Origin: a virus
Taxonomy: Duplodnaviria > Caudoviricetes
Strand: one strand, 5' to 3'
Length of the DNA: 29,039 nt
IMG/VR virus record: IMGVR_UViG_3300032243_000186
Location: 1 to 29,039 of that record
How positions within the stretch are numbered: position 1 is the first letter of the stretch; each line of letters opens with the position of its first letter. Position numbers and translations under genes: made by a program. The notes under the pieces are model-generated. The model saw only the letters and a list, made by a program, of their open reading frames with translations. It had not been told where the DNA came from and searched no databases. This document shows positions 24,014-29,039 of this stretch, one piece after another.

Positions 24014-25965
24014 GGTTTTCTCCTAAACGCTGTTGCTTGGCTGATGACTGTCGTGATAACCAGAATCTTTTTTGCTTTCTTTCTAGTAATCGGTGACATA
24101 TCGTTACCTATGTTTGCAAGGGCAACATAGGCTTGGTTTACTGCTTGGATTGCAGCACCTGCGCCTGGAATTGCATCCAAAGCTGCTGGCACTTCAACTG
24201 GCACTAACACGGTTAATACTGCGACGTCAGGGGCGTTAAAGGTAACTCCGCCTGGCTGCCCAATAAATGTATCTACAATTGTAATGGCATCTACTGGAAT
24301 AGGTAATCCAGAGCCAGGAGGTGGTGCTGCTGGAGTAAGTGTTCCATCCTCTTGCACAACTTGCGGCTGACTCTTAGTTCCGAAAAATGCAATGCCACCG
24401 TTTTCAACTCCAGCAATATCTACTTGAACATGTGCAACCAATACTTCTACTGGTGCTTGCTTAGGAGTAGTCTCTGGCAATTGGTCTGGACTATTTGGTG
24501 TCAGACCTGCTACGACAGGAGGCAATGATGGTGGTACTGGTTTTTCTATTGGTATTGGTTCCACTGGCACATCAACTGGCGGCACCTCAACAGGAGGTGG
24601 GACCACAACTAACTCGTCTGTTGGCGGTACTGGAGGCGCTGTTTCTTCTGTTGGCGGTGGCACTGGCTCTACTGGTGGTTCTGTAGGTGGTTCAGGTATT
24701 GGATCAGGTATAACAGCAGGAGGTTCTTCTACAGGAACTGGAGCTGGTTCTTCTACAACAGGTGGTGGCTCAACAGGAACTGGAATTGGTTCTGCAACTG
24801 GAACAGGTACAGGAATTGGTTCTGGGGCAGGTGGTGCTGGTGGTTCTAATACTGGTACTGGTACAGGAATTGGTACAGGTTGTGGTTCTACAACTGGAGG
24901 TTGCACAGGAATCGGTGCAGGAACAGGAACAGGAATTGGAACAGGAGTAGGCTCTGGTATTGGTTGAGGCGAAGGAGTTGGCGATGGGGTTGGGATTGGG
25001 AGTGGCGTTGGCTGTACTGGCACTGGCGTACTGGTATCTACAGGAGATGGAGTAGGCGATGGTGCAGGTATCACAGGAGTATTGGACGGCGAAGGTGTGG
25101 GAGTTGGAGTCTGCGTTGGTATTGGAGAAGGCGAAGGCGTTGGTTCTACAGTCGGCGTTGGACTTGGCACAGGTGAGGACGTCGGACTCGGAGTTGGAGT
25201 TGGTTCGACTGAAGGCAAAGGTGAAGGAGTTGGAGTTGGTGCAGGTTGAACCGCTTCAGCCGTTACGACTGGAGCAACAAGAACTCTTGTAAGTCCTGCT
25301 TGTTCTAAAGTAACTATCGTTCCATCAGGTAAACGCACACCAGTTCTAGTATTAAGGCCAGCCTGTACATCCGAAAGATAAGTAATGGTCAAAGTATTAT
25401 CAGCATTAATTGCAGCCGTTACAACAATGGTAGATAGCGGAGTTCCAGCAGCGTTAGAACCATAAGGGCGAACTGCTAAGTCAACCTGAAACCCCGCTTG
25501 GCTAGAGGTAATAATTAAATGCTCATCCGCAGCTTTCCAACCAGCAGGATAACCATTTGTACTGGCGTTATTTGGATCAAGAACTACCCAGTCATAAGCA
25601 TTGACTGAAATAGATGGTGTATTGGGGAAGTTGCTATAATTGTTATCTTGTTGCCCAAAGACAATCGTTGAGTTAGTAGTTGCATAAACGGCTGTATATT
25701 CAGTGCCTTGAAAATTAATGGCAGTAGGTAAAGCCACTTGGTAGGAAACGTCATCTCCTCCACAAGTATCTTGGACAAGAACAGGGGTTGCAGTTGCAGT
25801 ATCAGAACCTGCTACTGGGTTTTGGGTATTAAGAACCGTTGCAGCAGTAGATGCAGCAGCAACAGATTGAGTCGTAGTTACGCAAGTTGCCTCAGATAAA
25901 GAAGGGTAAAGTAAAGAAGTTCCAACGATGAGGAACATGGCAGCAATTAGGCGGGGAAGCCTCAC
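24010..25965 (-). CDS. Secreted, C-terminally anchored Pro-rich stalk protein (651 aa)
   Basis: Signal peptide, then a ~200-aa beta-rich head ([26 protein letters not shown], nidogen-N-like), then a ~260-aa PT/PS/PV/PE stalk, then [14 protein letters not shown], a hydrophobic segment and RRKP. Confidence 0.75.
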   Translation of the reverse strand: MRLPRLIAAMFLIVGTSLLYPSLSEATCVTTTQSVAAASTAATVLNTQNPVAGSDTATATPVLVQDTCGGDDVSYQVALPTAINFQGTEYTAVYATTNSTIVFGQQDNNYSNFPNTPSISVNAYDWVVLDPNNASTNGYPAGWKAADEHLIITSSQAGFQVDLAVRPYGSNAAGTPLSTIVVTAAINADNTLTITYLSDVQAGLNTRTGVRLPDGTIVTLEQAGLTRVLVAPVVTAEAVQPAPTPTPSPLPSVEPTPTPSPTSSPVPSPTPTVEPTPSPSPIPTQTPTPTPSPSNTPVIPAPSPTPSPVDTSTPVPVQPTPLPIPTPSPTPSPQPIPEPTPVPIPVPVPAPIPVQPPVVEPQPVPIPVPVPVLEPPAPPAPEPIPVPVPVAEPIPVPVEPPPVVEEPAPVPVEEPPAVIPDPIPEPPTEPPVEPVPPPTEETAPPVPPTDELVVVPPPVEVPPVDVPVEPIPIEKPVPPSLPPVVAGLTPNSPDQLPETTPKQAPVEVLVAHVQVDIAGVENGGIAFFGTKSQPQVVQEDGTLTPAAPPPGSGLPIPVDAITIVDTFIGQPGGVTFNAPDVAVLTVLVPVEVPAALDAIPGAGAAIQAVNQAYVALANIGNDMSPITRKKAKKILVITTVISQATAFRRKP

Positions 25966-25985
25966 TATGTTGGCCTTTCGGTTAT

Positions 25986-26183
25986 TTAATTTTTATCAGC
26001 AATCAAAACAAATAAATCATCAATCCGTTTTTCCAAGCGATTGATTGAGTCTTTCATCGAACTGCCTCCGTTGGGTTTTAGTTCGGCAAGATAAGATTTG
26101 ACCATCCATCTGACTGATCCAGCAAGCGCTCCTAAAAGGGAGCAAAAAGCTAGGGCAGTAACAATATAAGCAGATGGATTCAT
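25986..26183 (-). CDS. Single-pass membrane protein with coiled coil (PNGGSS family)
   Basis: TM segment followed by [22 protein letters not shown], typical of actinophage lysis-adjacent proteins. Confidence 0.75.
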   Translation of the reverse strand: MNPSAYIVTALAFCSLLGALAGSVRWMVKSYLAELKPNGGSSMKDSINRLEKRIDDLFVLIADKN

Positions 26184-26209
26184 GGGTCAGCGCCTTACGG
26201 TTGTAGTGT

Positions 26210-26464
26210 TTAGTTAAGAGGTATTTCCATAAAAGAGAGAATGCCTGCACCAGCAGTACTAACTGCCCAAAGTTCATCTCCACCATTAATTTCAAGAATT
26301 ATCTTGTCATTAATATCCATGTGAAGTCCTGTAGTTGTGGCAACTGAACGATCCCCAACATGGACTACCGCAGTATCACATTGAATGTGAACTCTACGAC
26401 GCGCTCCTGTAGCAGATATGAACAGAGTAGGACTTGTTGCTGCTGTTATTTTGGCTGTACGCAT
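26210..26464 (-). CDS. Hypothetical beta-rich virion-associated protein (84 aa)
   Basis: ORF track. AAGGAG SD. Confidence 0.7.
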   Translation of the reverse strand: MRTAKITAATSPTLFISATGARRRVHIQCDTAVVHVGDRSVATTTGLHMDINDKIILEINGGDELWAVSTAGAGILSFMEIPLN

Positions 26465-26474
26465 TTACTGCTCC

Positions 26475-26711
26475 TTAGATGACGAGTGTTGCTGCTTCTT
26501 CTTCTGTAAGTGGTGTTCCTGATACTAGCTTTGCTTTAGCAGATGCCTTTAGATCAGCAAGTGCTTGTGCGGCTGCTTCTTTAGTAACGCGTTCTGCCTC
26601 AGCGTTAGCCGCATCTACTTCGCGTTGTGCCAATTCCTCACCAGTCAATGGCACTTCTGCCACTACACCAGTTGAGCAATCTACGATTACTTTAGTTAAT
26701 ACTTCTGACAT
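26475..26711 (-). CDS. Tail-fibre-associated helical protein (78 aa)
   Basis: VDCSTG...PLT.EE...KASAKAKL..G..LTEEEA pattern following the fibre genes. Confidence 0.65.
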   Translation of the reverse strand: MSEVLTKVIVDCSTGVVAEVPLTGEELAQREVDAANAEAERVTKEAAAQALADLKASAKAKLVSGTPLTEEEAATLVI

Positions 26712-26998
26712 TAGATTTCTCCTAGTTTGATTTGATGGTCAGGGTTGTTGCAAATCCATAGCGCCGTTGTTTCATCTAGTACTGCTTCATCGTGGCACTT
26801 AGGCGGTACAAAAGCATCTAGGTCAGGCCAGTATGAATAGCCAATACCTGCAAAGTTTTTGCGTATATTGCCGTTGTAACTTGTCTTGACCCAAGTACCG
26901 CCAAGTGCATTAAAGAAGGCTTCGCCTTCATCTCCGTAGTTAGGTCCAACAAGGACCTCAACTACAATGTTGTTATCTAATTTAGCCCAATGACTCAT
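26711..26998 (-). CDS. Tail-fibre-associated protein (95 aa)
   Basis: MSHWAKLD.N.V..V...WVKTSYNGNIRKNFAGIGY.Y....DAF.PPK family, usually found after Gly-rich fibres. Confidence 0.7.
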   Translation of the reverse strand: MSHWAKLDNNIVVEVLVGPNYGDEGEAFFNALGGTWVKTSYNGNIRKNFAGIGYSYWPDLDAFVPPKCHDEAVLDETTALWICNNPDHQIKLGEI

Positions 26999-28326
26999 AC
27001 TGCATACCTCACAATTACTAGACCTGAACCGCCATTACCGCCTGCGTTGCTTGCGGTATAACCTGCACCACCGCCGCCTGAACCTGTGTTTGCAGTTCCA
27101 GAAGTTGGTGTACCACCATTAGGTCCACCTGTTCCACCACCACCAGCACCACCAGCACCGTTAGTACCAATATATGCACCACCGCCACCGCCACCAGCAA
27201 CATAACCACAGACACCCAGACCAACTACTGATAACCAAGATGAGAGTGAGTTTGAACCAGCACCACCATCTGGGTTTGCAACTATTGCTGAAACACCTGC
27301 TGCGGATGCACCACCGCCGCCGCCGCCACGATAACTTGCACCAGTTGCACCGCCACCACCCGCAAATCCCTGAACTGGTGAAGTTACTGGAGATGAAATA
27401 CCACCTGAATAGTTAAAGTATCCACCACCACCAGATCCACCGTTAGAACCGTTAGCGTTTGTTCCTGCACCACCACCACCACCTGTTGAAGTTAATGATG
27501 AAAATACGGAATCGCTACCATTGCTTCCCTGACCGCCTGATGAGATACCACCAGCACCGCCACCACCTACTGTTACAGTTGTTGCAGATAAAACTGAAAG
27601 TGCTGTTGTTGAACGATATCCACCAGCACCTCCACCACCTCCACCTACACCACCTGAACCAGTTGAGTTTCCACCACCGCCTGCGCCACCTGCTACTACA
27701 AGCACATCACAGGATAATGATTTTCCAGTAGCAGGAGTAAATGTTCCTGATGATTTGAAAGCGTGGTACCAGTAAGTACCGTCAGTCATAATGGTATCGC
27801 CACCTGTTGCGTATGGAACTATGGCAGGGGTAGTGCCAAGAGCTGCTACCCCGTATAGGTAGAAGGTTGAGTTAGGTTGCAAGTTACCAGCAGAAAAGTT
27901 AAAACCTAATGAAGTAATTGCAGCCGTTTGACTCCATAGACCAGCAGTTAAATCAGCATAAGCAGTTGTTGCATTTTGTTCTGATACTCCATCAACTGAA
28001 AATGATTTATTATTAGCAGAAGTATAGTTGGGAATATAAACTTCCAAATTGCTAAATACGCTTGTGCTATTGAAAGCATAAGCAACACGACCTGTTGTAC
28101 CACTATAAGACGCTGCTGCTGCTCCGTCACCTTCAAGTAATTTATAGGTAAAGTTTGCGGTTGAACCGTTAATAGACATAACAAAACCATTAGATGCAGT
28201 TGTACTTACAGATGCCTTCACAACCAAATCAGTGTACCCAGTCTGAGGGATACTGTTAAAGGTAACGCTAGATGCTCCTGCTGCACCGACTGTGATTTTT
28301 TCTAATAAAACATAATTAGCTGCCAT
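26995..28326 (-). CDS. Gly-rich tail fibre / receptor-binding protein (443 aa)
   Basis: N-terminal ~160-aa domain paralogous to the two upstream genes, followed by a Gly-rich domain (ATGG..HAFKSSGTF..VVAGGAGGG...GGSGLVIVRY). Confidence 0.8.
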   Translation of the reverse strand: MAANYVLLEKITVGAAGASSVTFNSIPQTGYTDLVVKASVSTTASNGFVMSINGSTANFTYKLLEGDGAAAASYSGTTGRVAYAFNSTSVFSNLEVYIPNYTSANNKSFSVDGVSEQNATTAYADLTAGLWSQTAAITSLGFNFSAGNLQPNSTFYLYGVAALGTTPAIVPYATGGDTIMTDGTYWYHAFKSSGTFTPATGKSLSCDVLVVAGGAGGGGNSTGSGGVGGGGGGAGGYRSTTALSVLSATTVTVGGGGAGGISSGGQGSNGSDSVFSSLTSTGGGGGAGTNANGSNGGSGGGGYFNYSGGISSPVTSPVQGFAGGGGATGASYRGGGGGGASAAGVSAIVANPDGGAGSNSLSSWLSVVGLGVCGYVAGGGGGGAYIGTNGAGGAGGGGTGGPNGGTPTSGTANTGSGGGGAGYTASNAGGNGGSGLVIVRYAV

Positions 28327-28328
28327 AG

Positions 28329-28823
28329 TTATGCACTCGCAATTCCGTATAGAGAGAAGGTTGAACCAGTTTGTAAAGTGCTGTCAGAATTAAAACGAAT
28401 AGAAGTAATTGCAGCAGTTGAACGCCACAATCCTACAAAAGCATCCGTTCCCTTTGATGCGGTATTAGATCGGGTCAATACGGTTTTATAAGTTGTCGTA
28501 TTACTGTAATTCATAATATAAATGATTTTGTTAGCCTCATAAGTTGAAGTCCAATAGCCGAAGCCGTCCAATAACATTTGAGTCGCGCTAGTAGTACGAG
28601 CAGATGATGCCGCTGATCCGTCACCTGAAAGGCGTGTGGCTGAATAGTTAGAACCACTATCACCATTAAATTGTAAATAGTTGTTAGCATTGGCTGCTGT
28701 ATTTCCATTGCATACAAGAATTAAATCTGTATAAGTAGATGGAATAGAACTGAAAGTAAGGTTGGTAACTCCGCTACCAAGAGTCTGGGTAGCAATTGCG
28801 ACATATGTGTTTGCTGCGGCCAT
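28329..28823 (-). CDS. Tail-associated beta-rich protein (164 aa)
   Basis: TFSSIPSTYTDL...FNGD...NYS.T...K...GLWRSTAAITSI...FSLYGI. Confidence 0.75.
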   Translation of the reverse strand: MAAANTYVAIATQTLGSGVTNLTFSSIPSTYTDLILVCNGNTAANANNYLQFNGDSGSNYSATRLSGDGSAASSARTTSATQMLLDGFGYWTSTYEANKIIYIMNYSNTTTYKTVLTRSNTASKGTDAFVGLWRSTAAITSIRFNSDSTLQTGSTFSLYGIASA

Positions 28824-28825
28824 TG

Positions 28826-29039
28826 TTAGTTCCCCTTAATTCCGTATAGGGCAAATGATGAGTATTGTTCTAAAGCACTACCGCCGCCAGATGTTAAGGT
28901 AATCGTATTAACCGCGGCGGTATTTAGCCATAATCCGCTATCTAGATCCACACGACCAGAGCCATTTGCATCATAACCACCTAAATTTCTTGTTACTTTA
29001 TTTTTATTGGTATTTGCATAATCCAATAAATCGCAAACA
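28826..29039 (-). CDS. Tail-associated beta-rich protein, C-terminal part (5' end outside window)
   Basis: The frame is open to the window edge. DYANTNK.K...SGLWLNTAAVNTI...SSFALYGIKG is paralogous to 28329-28823. Confidence 0.75.
   Translation of the reverse strand, partial: VCDLLDYANTNKNKVTRNLGGYDANGSGRVDLDSGLWLNTAAVNTITLTSGGGSALEQYSSFALYGIKGN

Noticed and set aside
24480-25250. Tandem-like nucleotide repeats, antisense ORFs and a GGTTCGA T-loop-like word at ~25202
   Set aside because: All are by-products of Pro-X codons in the stalk protein. There is no cloverleaf and no regular array.
27000-27700. CCACCACC repeats and His-rich plus-strand ORFs; possible DGR target
   Set aside because: These are the antisense of poly-Gly codons. 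No reverse transcriptase or TR/VR pair was seen in the window.

Overview
Part of a tailed dsDNA phage genome, probably podovirus-like, whose host is most likely an actinobacterium (WhiB, GAAAGG-type Shine-Dalgarno sequences, actinophage-type lysis and tail families). Almost all genes are on the minus strand. From right to left they are: tail-fibre paralogues; a lysis cassette containing a very large Pro-rich stalk protein; a second structural cassette; DUF6378/HTH/metallophosphoesterase; Bet, Cas4-like exonuclease, WhiB, Holliday-junction resolvase, SLT-like protein and SSB; then terminase, six tiny Lys-rich ORFs, portal and a 1463-aa probable internal virion protein. Two plus-strand islands interrupt this: a putative early cassette of small ORFs separated by long RNA-type hairpins (11096-12826), and a small acidic protein plus an HslV/proteasome-beta-like protease (18441-19204). 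The strongest unexplained signals are (1) a promoter-led, densely structured ~400-nt non-coding segment divergent from terL, (2) a recurring TAwnnnTTACG motif in short intergenic spacers, (3) the translationally coupled train of basic microproteins between terL and portal, and (4) the stalked surface-type protein inside the lysis cassette. All family assignments come from motif recognition by eye; no searches were run.
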